This document shows, piece by piece, positions 6,135-14,234 of a stretch of 32,000 nt of DNA. Numbering within the stretch: position 1 is the first letter of the stretch; every line of letters starts with the position of its first letter. The notes below the pieces were generated by a model. It searched no databases. It was given only the letters and a program-made list of their open reading frames with translations, and had not been told where the DNA came from. Made by a program: the position numbers and the translations under genes. The stretch spans positions 89,059 through 121,058 of the forward strand of contig CAYWGH010000020.1 of assembly GCA_964457925.1 (NCBI GenBank). The letters are read 5' to 3'. Origin of the DNA: an uncultured Cytophagia bacterium. GTDB lineage: Bacteria > Zhuqueibacterota > Zhuqueibacteria > Zhuqueibacterales > Zhuqueibacteraceae.

Positions 6135-9100
6135 TTAGGACTCTATTCTTGCCAAAATTCTCACCCGTGTTCCTCCGTTCGGCCGCGATTGAATCTCGAA
6201 CTCCCCGCCGATATCCGCCATGCGCTTGCTCATGTTGCGCAAGCCGTTGCCGCAGCCGTTGACGGTTTCCGGCGCAAAGCCTTGTCCATTGTCCCGAATG
6301 AAAATTTCCAGAGTATGATCATGCGAGTTGAGTTGCAACTCGGCCTCTGTTGCCCTGGCATGCTTGACGATGTTGTGAATGGCCTCTTTCACTACTAAAA
6401 AAACGTGACGGCGGAACTCCGCAGAAATCGGATGGCCGGGCACGGCCTCTGGAAAATGCAGGCGATAGTTCATCGCTGTCAGCTCGAAGCAATCTGCCGC
6501 GCATTTGCGCAGATACGCCGCCAGATTGTCGAGCGAGTTGTTTTGGGGATTGATCGCCCAAATGATCTCGCTCATGCTGTCGATGGTGGTGCGCGCGGTG
6601 GCGGATATTTTCAGCAAGTCGGTGCGCAGTTTTTGGGGATTGGCCAAATTTTGCTGCGCCAACTCGCCGAGAATGGCGATTTTGGTCAAGTTCGCGCCCA
6701 ACTCGTCGTGCATGTCTTTGGAAATGCGCTCGCGTTCGCGGCTCAGCGCTTGCTGGCGTTCGATCACTTCCAAACGCCGTTTGAATTTTCGCATGGAAAT
6801 ATATTTTGCCGCGCCGGCAACGGTGGCAAGCGTAGCTGCGGCCGTCAAGATTTTGAACCACCATGTCATCCAAAATGGCGGCACGATGGCAATGCTAAGC
6901 GCGGCACCTTGCGGGTTCCACACGCCGTCGTGGTTCGTCCCTTTCACACGAAAGGTATAGTCGCCGGGATTGAGGTTGGTGTAACGCGCAAATCGGCGGT
7001 CGCCGCAATACACCCAGTGTTTGTCAAAACCCTCCAGCATGTAGGCGTATTGATTCTTCTCCGGATGAGTATAGTCCAATGCCGCAAATTCGAAGGAAAA
7101 AACATTCTCTTCATAGTCGAGTTTGATCTCGGCAATATCGGCGATGTCGGCGGAGAGCTGCACCGGCAGATCAAATTTTTTGAAATCCGTCAATACGATG
7201 GCCGGCAGGAACGAGCTGTCCTTCACCGAATCCGGATGAAAAAGATTGACGCCATTGATGCCGCCGAAAAACATCTCTCCGGTTCGCTTGCTGCGGTGAA
7301 ATGCGCCGGTGTTGAACTCGCGCGATTGCAGGCCGTCCTTCAAGGCATAGTTGCGAAATTTTCCGGAGATGGGATCAAATTTTGAAATGCCGCCGTTCGT
7401 GCTCAGCCAGAGATTGCCGTGATCATCGCCGAGAATGCCATAAATGAAAGTGTTGGGCAAACCCTCTTTTTCGTGATAACGTGTAAACGTTTCCCGCGCG
7501 GGATCCAATCGGTTTAGACCGTCGCTTGTGCCGATCCAAAGATTGCCGTCGCGATCCTCAAAAATGCTTTTGATGTAGTCGTTGCTCAAACTGTTGGGAT
7601 TGGCCGGATCGTGAAAATAGCGCGTGAAGTTCTGGCTGGCGCGATTGAATTTGTTGAGGCCGCGGGGCGTGCCGGCCCACATGACACCCTGCCGGCCTTG
7701 ATAAACAACGGTCACGGGCATGCTGCTCAAGCTGGTGGGATCATCCGGTTGATGCTCGTAGGTGATGGTTTGCCGGGTTTGCTTGTCATACATGCTCAAC
7801 GCATTGCCGCCGGCCCAAATCTTGCCCTCTTGATCCTGGCAGATCGCATCAGCAGTATGCCGGGGCAGGGCGAGGCGCCGGCCTTCATCGTTATGCGGAT
7901 GCGCAAATGTTTCTTGGTCACGATCGAAACGATTCAAACCTCGGCCTCCCAGCCACAGGATTCCTTCACGATCTTCATAAATCGACAGGATGTTGTGCGC
8001 ATCAAGCGTTCGCGGATCTGCCGGATTGTGCAGATATTTGGTGATTTCTCCGGTGCGGCGATTGACGCGGTTGACGCCGGAGCCGATCTTGCCGATCCAC
8101 AAATCGCCGTCGCGATCTTCCCAGATCGCTTTCGGCAGACCCAGACTGAGGCTGTTGCGATTGCCAGCTTCGTGTTTGAGGTGCGCGAATTTGGGCGGGC
8201 GCGGATCGAGTTTACTCAAACCGCTGCCATCGGTGGCAAACCACATCAAGCCGGAATGGTCGCGATAGATTCTGATGCAATTGCCAAAACTGATGCTGGC
8301 AGGATTTTTCGGATCATGGCGGAAGCGCGAAAATTTGCCGGTGGCGCGATCATAGCGACTGGCACCGCCGCGGTTGGCCAGCCACAAGGCGCCGGTCATG
8401 TCTTCGCAAATCGCCACGACTTCTTTATCCAACAGCGAGGTGGAATCGCGAGGGTCATGTTGAAAATGATGTGTGACCTGCTCTTTGTTGCGGTCAAAAA
8501 TCATCAACCCGCTGCGCGCGGTGCCCAGCCAAAAAGTGCCACGGCTGTCTTCGTGCAGCGCCATCACACCGTCGTTCATATCGTGCAGGCCAACATCATA
8601 GCGTTTGAAAGAACCGGCGGCGCGATCGAACTTGTGCAATATCCAGTCGGCAATAATCCAGAGCGTGCCCGCGCGATCTTCATAAATGCGCCGGATATAG
8701 GGATGGCTCAGGCTCTGCGGATTTTGCGGATCGTGCGGGTAACGAGCGAATGTCTGCGTTTCGGGATGGAAGTAACTCAAACCATCAAAGGTGCCGATCC
8801 AAAGCACGCCGTTGGCGTCAAGACAAAGATTCGAGATATGATCACTCGCAAGGCTCGCGGAATCGGCCGGGTTGTGCCGGTAGTGCGTGAACGTGCCGCG
8901 CTTGCGGTCGAATTTGTTGAGCCCTGCTTCAACCGTGCCGAACCACAGCATGCCCTCACGATCTTCTGCAATGGCCGAAATGTTGTTGTGCGAGAGGCTG
9001 TTGCTGTTGCCGGGATTGTGCTTGTAATGCTTGAAGCTGTAGCCATCGTAGCGGTTCAAACCGTCCGCGGTGCCGAACCAGATGAAGCCCCGGCTGTCTT

Positions 9101-9284
9101 GAAAAATGGCGCCGACCGTGCATTGCGATAAACCCAGCTCGACGGAGACATGCTCGAATTTGAACTCACGCGGTTGCGCCGACGTCGCCTTTATTCTCGC
9201 AGTGAACAAAATAACAAGCAGGAAGAGGCCTAACGACTTTAGCCGCGACGAGAGGATGTCGTATGGTTGAAATGATGGCAACAT
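6135..9284 (-). CDS. Sensor histidine kinase with periplasmic two-component-regulator-propeller repeats + Y_Y_Y domain, TM helix, HisKA_3 and HATPase_c
   Basis: About 14 repeats of the type G(T/L)WIGT..GL..(F/Y)D are present. A Y_Y_Y-like segment follows (YAYMLEGFDKHWVY...YTNLNPGDYTFRVKG). Next come a TM helix (WWFKILTAAATLATVAGAA), an H-box (ERISKDMHDELGANL) and N/G boxes (HNIVKHA, DNGQGF, GNGLRNM). The start is ambiguous: ATG at 9284 or TTG at 9299. Confidence 0.9.
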   Translation of the reverse strand: MLPSFQPYDILSSRLKSLGLFLLVILFTARIKATSAQPREFKFEHVSVELGLSQCTVGAIFQDSRGFIWFGTADGLNRYDGYSFKHYKHNPGNSNSLSHNNISAIAEDREGMLWFGTVEAGLNKFDRKRGTFTHYRHNPADSASLASDHISNLCLDANGVLWIGTFDGLSYFHPETQTFARYPHDPQNPQSLSHPYIRRIYEDRAGTLWIIADWILHKFDRAAGSFKRYDVGLHDMNDGVMALHEDSRGTFWLGTARSGLMIFDRNKEQVTHHFQHDPRDSTSLLDKEVVAICEDMTGALWLANRGGASRYDRATGKFSRFRHDPKNPASISFGNCIRIYRDHSGLMWFATDGSGLSKLDPRPPKFAHLKHEAGNRNSLSLGLPKAIWEDRDGDLWIGKIGSGVNRVNRRTGEITKYLHNPADPRTLDAHNILSIYEDREGILWLGGRGLNRFDRDQETFAHPHNDEGRRLALPRHTADAICQDQEGKIWAGGNALSMYDKQTRQTITYEHQPDDPTSLSSMPVTVVYQGRQGVMWAGTPRGLNKFNRASQNFTRYFHDPANPNSLSNDYIKSIFEDRDGNLWIGTSDGLNRLDPARETFTRYHEKEGLPNTFIYGILGDDHGNLWLSTNGGISKFDPISGKFRNYALKDGLQSREFNTGAFHRSKRTGEMFFGGINGVNLFHPDSVKDSSFLPAIVLTDFKKFDLPVQLSADIADIAEIKLDYEENVFSFEFAALDYTHPEKNQYAYMLEGFDKHWVYCGDRRFARYTNLNPGDYTFRVKGTNHDGVWNPQGAALSIAIVPPFWMTWWFKILTAAATLATVAGAAKYISMRKFKRRLEVIERQQALSRERERISKDMHDELGANLTKIAILGELAQQNLANPQKLRTDLLKISATARTTIDSMSEIIWAINPQNNSLDNLAAYLRKCAADCFELTAMNYRLHFPEAVPGHPISAEFRRHVFLVVKEAIHNIVKHARATEAELQLNSHDHTLEIFIRDNGQGFAPETVNGCGNGLRNMSKRMADIGGEFEIQSRPNGGTRVRILARIES

Positions 9285-9645
9285 CGCAATTGGTCCCAAA
9301 GACAGCCTGAATGCCGTTTAGTGTTGTGGGAGTTTGACGGGCTTTGTTAGGTCATGCTTGCAACGCTAATTCATACCTGCAAGCAACGTGGAATGCCGAA
9401 TGATTTGCGGCATAAACTGCAATGGCAGAACGCGGAGGCTCTTGAATGGTGGGTTAAGCGATTGGCTTTTCAAACTCAAAATAAAATTCTGAAAATTTTT
9501 AACCAGGAAGACACAAAAGCACGCAAAAACAAAAGCCCTGTCATCAAGCTTTTCTTGGTGTCTTTGTGCCTTCATGGTGTTCCGAATTAGTCGGGTTCAT
9601 TGCTGCCCGCAGGACTTTAGATTTCAGCTTGTCTGAAATCTGGCG

Positions 9646-9791
9646 TAGTCCATTATGAGTGAATTCGTTGCTTTAACAGCAAAAACTTTTCTGTAAAATG
9701 GATTTCATTGGAAGCGGATACCGCCCATGCTTTATCCGCTTCCCAAGAAATCCCCTTACAGAAAGCTTCTTAGTTCAGCGCGTCCGGCTTA
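9646..9791. repeat. Structured intergenic repeat, copy 2
   Basis: This is the twin of 5277-5422. Here the inner stem GGAAGCGGATA / TATCCGCTTCC is perfect and the outer stem is degraded. The copy abuts or overlaps the MFS stop codon (9789-9791). Confidence 0.85.
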
Positions 9792-11063
9792 AATTTTAAG
9801 GGTAAGATTTTGAGTGCTCTCTCGCCGTTTATCCCAGATCACCAGCGCAAGCAAGATCGCCATCGTGATGCCGGACAAGCCCGGCACAGCCCAACCGAGA
9901 TAGCCGAGTGTTTCCATCACATCGATCGCAAACGCGGACAGTATCGGTCCGAACAGCGAAGCATAGCCATAGAGCATCGAAAAGCGCGCATTGGCGATGG
10001 GTAATTTCTCCGGCGGTGTGCGATCTCCAAGAATTTTTAGACTGACGGGATAAGTACCGCCCACACCCACGCCAATACCGACAAATGCCACGGTCGCCCA
10101 GATTTTTTCGCCAGCGAGAACTCTCTGACTTAGCACGCCGGCAGCAATACAGCAGAGAATTCCAAATATGCCAATGCCGGCCAACGTTTTGCGCGCGCCG
10201 AATTTATCCGCAAGCCAGCCGCATAGTGGCTGGCTGAACACCATGCCCAAAGCGGTGAATCCCACAATCTGCATAGCCTCACTGCGCGACAAGCCTAAGC
10301 GTTGACCCTCAACTGGGTAAGTACCCGCAATGGCCATATCGAGCGCGCCGAACACAATCGCGCCAAACAAGCTGAGCCATAGAATCCGCCACGGAAGATG
10401 AAGAACTGGAGTGTTTATATTTTCAGCCGCATTTTGCGGTGAGGGCTTGCCGATGGCGCCGCGCATGCCCCACCACGCAATTGGCGCGATGAAAAGAGCT
10501 GCCGCTGCAACCAGGCCGAAACACCATAATCCGATGCGACCATAAGCCCAGTCGCTAAAGAACACTCCCGAGGAAAAGCCGACGGCTAACGATGAGCCGT
10601 AAGCCGCCATCACGCGACCACGAACAGCCGGGGCAACGCCACGCAGAAGCGCCACCTCGGCGGCGATGAACGTCATGTTTGCCGCCGCGCCCAACTCAAA
10701 TCTCACCAAAAAAAGTAACGGTTCATAATAGGCGAGCGCAAGGCCAAGCCCGGCAAACCCGACCGCCTGGCCGATCAATCCAATAAAGTTGATCCGTTGC
10801 GAACCGATGCGTTCCACCAGTTTGCCCACCGCGGGACTGAATACGGCGATTGCCACCGCGAGCATGGCGGAAACACCGCCGGTAAAATACTCATTGAATC
10901 CGCGAGTTTCCAGCAGCGAGGACACCAGTGGGGCAACGGCGCCGAAACTCGTGCCCACCAGCAGCATTGAGGCAATCAGCGCGACGACAGCACCGGGTCG
11001 CAGTGTTGAGTTTTTATTGGATGAGGAGTCGGGTTGCGTTTCGAGTGTTGAGGTGTTAGCCAT
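9789..11063 (-). CDS. MFS transporter (about 12 TM helices)
   Basis: The 424-aa product is highly hydrophobic with the usual 6+6 helix layout. MFS-like loop motifs are present (GKLVERIGSQR, GWLADKFGARK). Confidence 0.85.
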   Translation of the reverse strand: MANTSTLETQPDSSSNKNSTLRPGAVVALIASMLLVGTSFGAVAPLVSSLLETRGFNEYFTGGVSAMLAVAIAVFSPAVGKLVERIGSQRINFIGLIGQAVGFAGLGLALAYYEPLLFLVRFELGAAANMTFIAAEVALLRGVAPAVRGRVMAAYGSSLAVGFSSGVFFSDWAYGRIGLWCFGLVAAAALFIAPIAWWGMRGAIGKPSPQNAAENINTPVLHLPWRILWLSLFGAIVFGALDMAIAGTYPVEGQRLGLSRSEAMQIVGFTALGMVFSQPLCGWLADKFGARKTLAGIGIFGILCCIAAGVLSQRVLAGEKIWATVAFVGIGVGVGGTYPVSLKILGDRTPPEKLPIANARFSMLYGYASLFGPILSAFAIDVMETLGYLGWAVPGLSGITMAILLALVIWDKRRESTQNLTLKI

Positions 11064-11334
11064 AAGTTATTGTGAGTGGCCGTTCTGCGGCAGTTCGCTC
11101 TGCCCGAGTGTTGCAATCTTGCAGAGATGAATTGATGCCTCGCGCCGTGGTTTCTGCGATAAAAAGGCGAGAGAATCTGCGCGGCGACCTTAAGCGTTGC
11201 TGTTTTTGAATGTAACGACGGAAATACACTGGCGCAAGCCCGACCTTGCTTTCGAGAACACAAATCAGTACTTTTGTCACAGGTGAAAAAAATGTTTTGC
11301 ATTCATTGGTTTTCGTTATCTTTTACTTTTGCTC

Positions 11335-12519
11335 ATGAGCCACCTACGTTATTTTACCGCCGGCGAATCTCACGGCCAGGCGCTTGTCGGTATACTGGAG
11401 GGTTTGCCGGCCGGTTTGGAGATTGATGAAGCTTATCTCGCGCAGCAGCTTCATCGCCGGCAACAGGGTTATGGCCGGGGCGGCCGGATGCGCATCGAGC
11501 AGGATCACGCACACATTCTCAGCGGTGTGCGCTTCGGCAAAACATTGGGAACGCCGCTGGCGCTGCAAATTGGAAATCGTGATTGGCAGAATTGGCAAAC
11601 CAAGATGTCAATCACGCCCGTACCAGCTCAAATTGCGCCGGTGGAAATTCCCCGGCCCGGGCATGCTGATCTTGCCGGCGGCGTCAAATATCAAACCGAT
11701 GACTTGCGCAATGTGTTGGAACGCGCCAGCGCCCGCGAAACCGCAATGCGCGTGGCGCTCGGCGCGGTGGCGCGAAAATTCCTCGAGGCTTTTGATATTC
11801 GGATCATCAGTCACGTTGTGCAAATTCAGCAAGCGCAGAGCCGCTATTCGTTCACCGATATCGGTAAAGATGATTTTGATGTGCCGCTGGCAGAAATCGC
11901 CTCTCGCACAGAAACTTCACCGGTCCGCTGCCTGGATGGCGAAGCAGAGAAGCAAATGATCGCCCTCATTGATCAAGCCAAAAGAAACCGTGATACGGTG
12001 GGCGGCATTTTTGAAGTTGCCGCGCTCAATCTGCCGGTGGGACTCGGCAGTCATGTGCAGTGGGATCGCCGGCTGGACGCGCGCCTGGCCGCGGCCATGA
12101 TGAGCATTCCCGCAATCAAAGGCGTCGAAATCGGCAATGGTTTTGATGCGGGACGAAACTGGGGCAGCGCAGTTCATGATCAAATCTATTACTCGGACGA
12201 ACGCGGTTATTTCAGGTTAACAAACAATGCCGGCGGTTTGGAAGGCGGCATCACCAATGGCGAGCCGTTGGTGGTGCGCGCGGCCAAAAAACCGATTTCA
12301 ACCTTGATGCGGCCGCTGGATTCGGTCAACATTCATACCAAAAAACCGGCAGAAGCGCATATTGAACGCTCAGATGTTTGCGCCGTGCCGGCTGCCGCTG
12401 TCATCGGCGAAGCAATGCTGGCGCTGGTAATGGCGGATGCAATGCTTGAAAAATTCGGCGGCGACTCGATGCAGGAAATTCACGAACGATGGACAGCTTG
12501 GTTACGTCAAAACCGATAA
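11335..12519 (+). CDS. aroC: Chorismate synthase
   Basis: MSHLRYFTAGESHGQALVGILEGLPAGL..., RPGHAD and GGLEGGITNGEPL are hallmark AroC motifs. I prefer the ATG at 11335 over the track's TTG at 11329. Confidence 0.95.
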   Translation: MSHLRYFTAGESHGQALVGILEGLPAGLEIDEAYLAQQLHRRQQGYGRGGRMRIEQDHAHILSGVRFGKTLGTPLALQIGNRDWQNWQTKMSITPVPAQIAPVEIPRPGHADLAGGVKYQTDDLRNVLERASARETAMRVALGAVARKFLEAFDIRIISHVVQIQQAQSRYSFTDIGKDDFDVPLAEIASRTETSPVRCLDGEAEKQMIALIDQAKRNRDTVGGIFEVAALNLPVGLGSHVQWDRRLDARLAAAMMSIPAIKGVEIGNGFDAGRNWGSAVHDQIYYSDERGYFRLTNNAGGLEGGITNGEPLVVRAAKKPISTLMRPLDSVNIHTKKPAEAHIERSDVCAVPAAAVIGEAMLALVMADAMLEKFGGDSMQEIHERWTAWLRQNR

Positions 12520-13034
12520 ATCATGTTTTTCTGATTGGCTTTATGGGAAGCGGCAAAAGCACGATTGGCCGCTTGTTGGCGCTGCAATTGGGCTGGCGTT
12601 TCATCGACTTGGATGAAGAAATCGTGCGGCGCGAACGCATGCCGATCGAGCAAATTTTTGCAGAGCGCGGAGAGCCGTATTTTCGCGGGGTGGAGGTGAG
12701 TCTGTTGCAAGATCTGCTCGATCATCACAAAACCGTGATTGCGCTGGGCGGCGGCACGCCGGCGCAGGAGAGCGCCTGGCCGGTTCTCTCGCAGGGTTTG
12801 GTGATTTATTTGCGTTGCCATCCCGATGAATTGTTTCGCCGTTTGAAGGATGAAGTCAATCGTCCGATGTTGAGCCGCGTGCCGCCGGCGGAACGCCCGC
12901 TCTTCATTCGAGCTCTTTTGAGTGTGCGCGAGTCTTACTATATGCGCGCAGAGATTACGGTTGACAGTTTCGCGCAGCATACGCCGAACGAAACCGCGAC
13001 CATCATTTCACAGCTCATTCGTGACCGGCTTTAA
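12489..13034 (+). CDS. aroK: Shikimate kinase
   Basis: The P-loop FLIGFMGSGKSTIGR is followed by DLDEEI, FRGVE and ALGGG, the AroK pattern. The only in-frame starts upstream of the P-loop (ATG 12489, TTG 12498) overlap the 3' end of aroC by up to 31 nt. Confidence 0.9.
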   Translation: MDSLVTSKPINHVFLIGFMGSGKSTIGRLLALQLGWRFIDLDEEIVRRERMPIEQIFAERGEPYFRGVEVSLLQDLLDHHKTVIALGGGTPAQESAWPVLSQGLVIYLRCHPDELFRRLKDEVNRPMLSRVPPAERPLFIRALLSVRESYYMRAEITVDSFAQHTPNETATIISQLIRDRL

Positions 13035-13143
13035 GCCAGATATGCCGGCCCCAAGGAAACCGGCCTGTTCTCAAACAAGTTAAACAGGAGTGAACGGAGC
13101 AATCATAGAGAAAATCTCCGTATCTGAAGGCAAACTAGCGAAC

Positions 13144-14016
13144 ATGAAAAAAATTCTAATCGTACACGGCCCCAATCTGAATTTGCTGGGCGAGCGTGAG
13201 CCGGAGGTTTACGGCCGCACGACATTGGATGAATTGAATGCGGAGTTGTCTAAGTTTGCGGAACAATGCCATGTTGCGGTGCAATGTTTTCAATCCAATC
13301 ATGAAGGCGCGTTGCTGGATTTCTTGCACAGCGAGCGCCGGAATGCCGCCGGCATCGTGATCAATCCCGGCGCCTTGACGCATTACAGTTATGCTCTGCG
13401 TGACGCGCTGGCCGCTGTTGATCTGCCCGCGGTCGAGGTTCATCTGTCGGACATTCACCGGCGCGAAGAGTTTCGCCATACCTCCGTTATTCGCGATATT
13501 TGCCTCGCGCAAATTTCAGGTTACGGTGTCGGGAGTTATCGCCGCGGCTTGGAGGTTTTGCTCGGCCATCTTGTCGTGGAGGAGACGGCGAGACTTCTTG
13601 AGAATCAACCCAGCCGTGATACCGCATATCATTTTTGTGTCCAAATCTTGAAACGGCATTTTCCCAAATACGATTGGGTGGGGATTTATTTGTTGGAGGG
13701 CCGTGAGCTGGTTATCCATAATTACCTTGGCGCGCCGACGCCGCATACGCGCATTCCCGTCGGTTCCGGCATTTGTGGCGCGGCGGTCGCTGAGGAACAA
13801 ACCATCGTCGTGCCGGATGTGAATGCGGATCCGCGTTATCTTGCTTGCAGCCTCGAAACCAAATCAGAAATCGTTGTGCCGATTAAAGGCGCGCGCATTT
13901 ATGGCGAGATTGACATTGACAGCCACACGCCAGACGCATTTTGGGAAAATGATCGCCGTTTTTTGGAGCATGTCGCGGCGCTGCTTGCAAAATCAAATGA
14001 TCACATGACGTCTTGA
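13144..14016 (+). CDS. aroQ: Type II 3-dehydroquinate dehydratase fused to a C-terminal GAF domain (YebR/free-Met-R-sulfoxide-reductase-like)
   Basis: The N-terminal half carries [38 protein letters not shown] and [15 protein letters not shown], which are AroQ type II motifs. The C-terminal half reads [13 protein letters not shown]...YLG......[13 protein letters not shown]...[29 protein letters not shown]...IYGEIDIDS, a GAF_2 / fRMsr-like sequence. The frame is continuous with no stop between the halves. Confidence 0.9.
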   Translation: MKKILIVHGPNLNLLGEREPEVYGRTTLDELNAELSKFAEQCHVAVQCFQSNHEGALLDFLHSERRNAAGIVINPGALTHYSYALRDALAAVDLPAVEVHLSDIHRREEFRHTSVIRDICLAQISGYGVGSYRRGLEVLLGHLVVEETARLLENQPSRDTAYHFCVQILKRHFPKYDWVGIYLLEGRELVIHNYLGAPTPHTRIPVGSGICGAAVAEEQTIVVPDVNADPRYLACSLETKSEIVVPIKGARIYGEIDIDSHTPDAFWENDRRFLEHVAALLAKSNDHMTS

Positions 14017-14131
14017 CACGTCTGACAAGATAGCAATATTTTGGGGCTGTCAAAATTGTGAGATCATGCCAAAAGTGTATAATCTTCGAAAAAAAATTAG
14101 TACAGGATATTGATTTTCACTCTATTGCGAT

Positions 14132-14147
14132 TGGCACAACGTTTGTT
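14132..14147 (+). promoter_or_regulatory. Weak sigma54-like -24/-12 candidate upstream of lon (TGGCAC-N5-TTGTT)
   Basis: The sequence ATTGGCACAACGTTTGTTGA has correct GG-to-(G)C spacing. However, the -12 GC is GT. It lies about 90 nt upstream of the lon ATG. A perfect TATAAT (14078-14083) with TTGTGA 16 nt upstream is an alternative sigma70 promoter. Confidence 0.25.
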
Positions 14148-14234
14148 GATTTTCATGTACTTCCTAAAACTCAGCCTGACGGCTGAAGAGAATTTGTTCG
14201 CAAGCTTTCTTATCCCATTATAGAGGAATTGCAG

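Noticed and set aside
7611-9131. A 506-aa plus-strand ORF lies antisense to the sensor kinase. Similar long shadow ORFs are 6405..7385 (also antisense to the kinase), 14346..15809 (487 aa, antisense to lon), 23656..24558 (antisense to the carbamoyltransferase) and 29622..30545 (antisense to the Omp85 mosaic gene).
   Set aside because: For the two I checked (7611..9131 and 14346..15809), the ORFs are codon-aligned with the sense genes, with the same coordinate phase. They therefore stay open simply because the sense genes avoid TTA, CTA and TCA codons. Their products are low-complexity Ala/Arg/Gly-rich strings with no motifs, whereas the sense-strand products have unmistakable family signatures.
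9354-9590. A 78-aa ORF whose start (LATLIHTCKQRGMPNDL) loosely recalls the conserved C-terminal (S/T)LIxTCKxxGxxP segment of IS66-family transposases. This raised the idea of a decayed insertion sequence next to repeat copy 2.
   Set aside because: The resemblance covers only about 13 residues, and the Pro is shifted by one position. A stop codon lies two codons upstream. None of the three upstream frames shows further transposase-like sequence. No inverted repeats or target duplications are visible. BLASTX against ISfinder would settle it, and on sequence alone it is not supportable.
5277-9791. The idea that the two 146-bp repeats delimit a composite mobile element carrying the kinase and hicBA.
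   Set aside because: The copies are direct repeats without terminal inverted repeats. No transposase, integrase or flanking target-site duplication is present. Moving the kinase without its regulator makes little functional sense. I kept the observation as a repeat finding only.
11384-11959. A 191-aa ORF in an alternative frame inside aroC. Similar same-strand or opposite-strand overlapping ORFs lie inside aroK, aroQ, pgi, the allantoinase-like gene and the RmlD-like gene (for example 12507..12980, 13156..13512, 18389..19048 and 20465..20794).
   Set aside because: They are fully embedded in genes with strong family signatures. Their products are Arg/Cys/Ser/Ala-rich, typical of off-frame translation. 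None has an obvious ribosome-binding site.
13035-13143. A possible terminator or attenuator between aroK and aroQ (CCGGCC...CCGGCC near 13047-13068), and the GTG at 13090 as an alternative aroQ start.
   Set aside because: The pairing is only 4-6 bp and relies on self-complementary CCGG. No T-tract follows it. The GTG at 13090 overlaps the only Shine-Dalgarno-like AGGAG, leaving no spacer. Type II dehydroquinases normally begin right at the M..ILV.NGPNLN segment, which fits the ATG at 13144.
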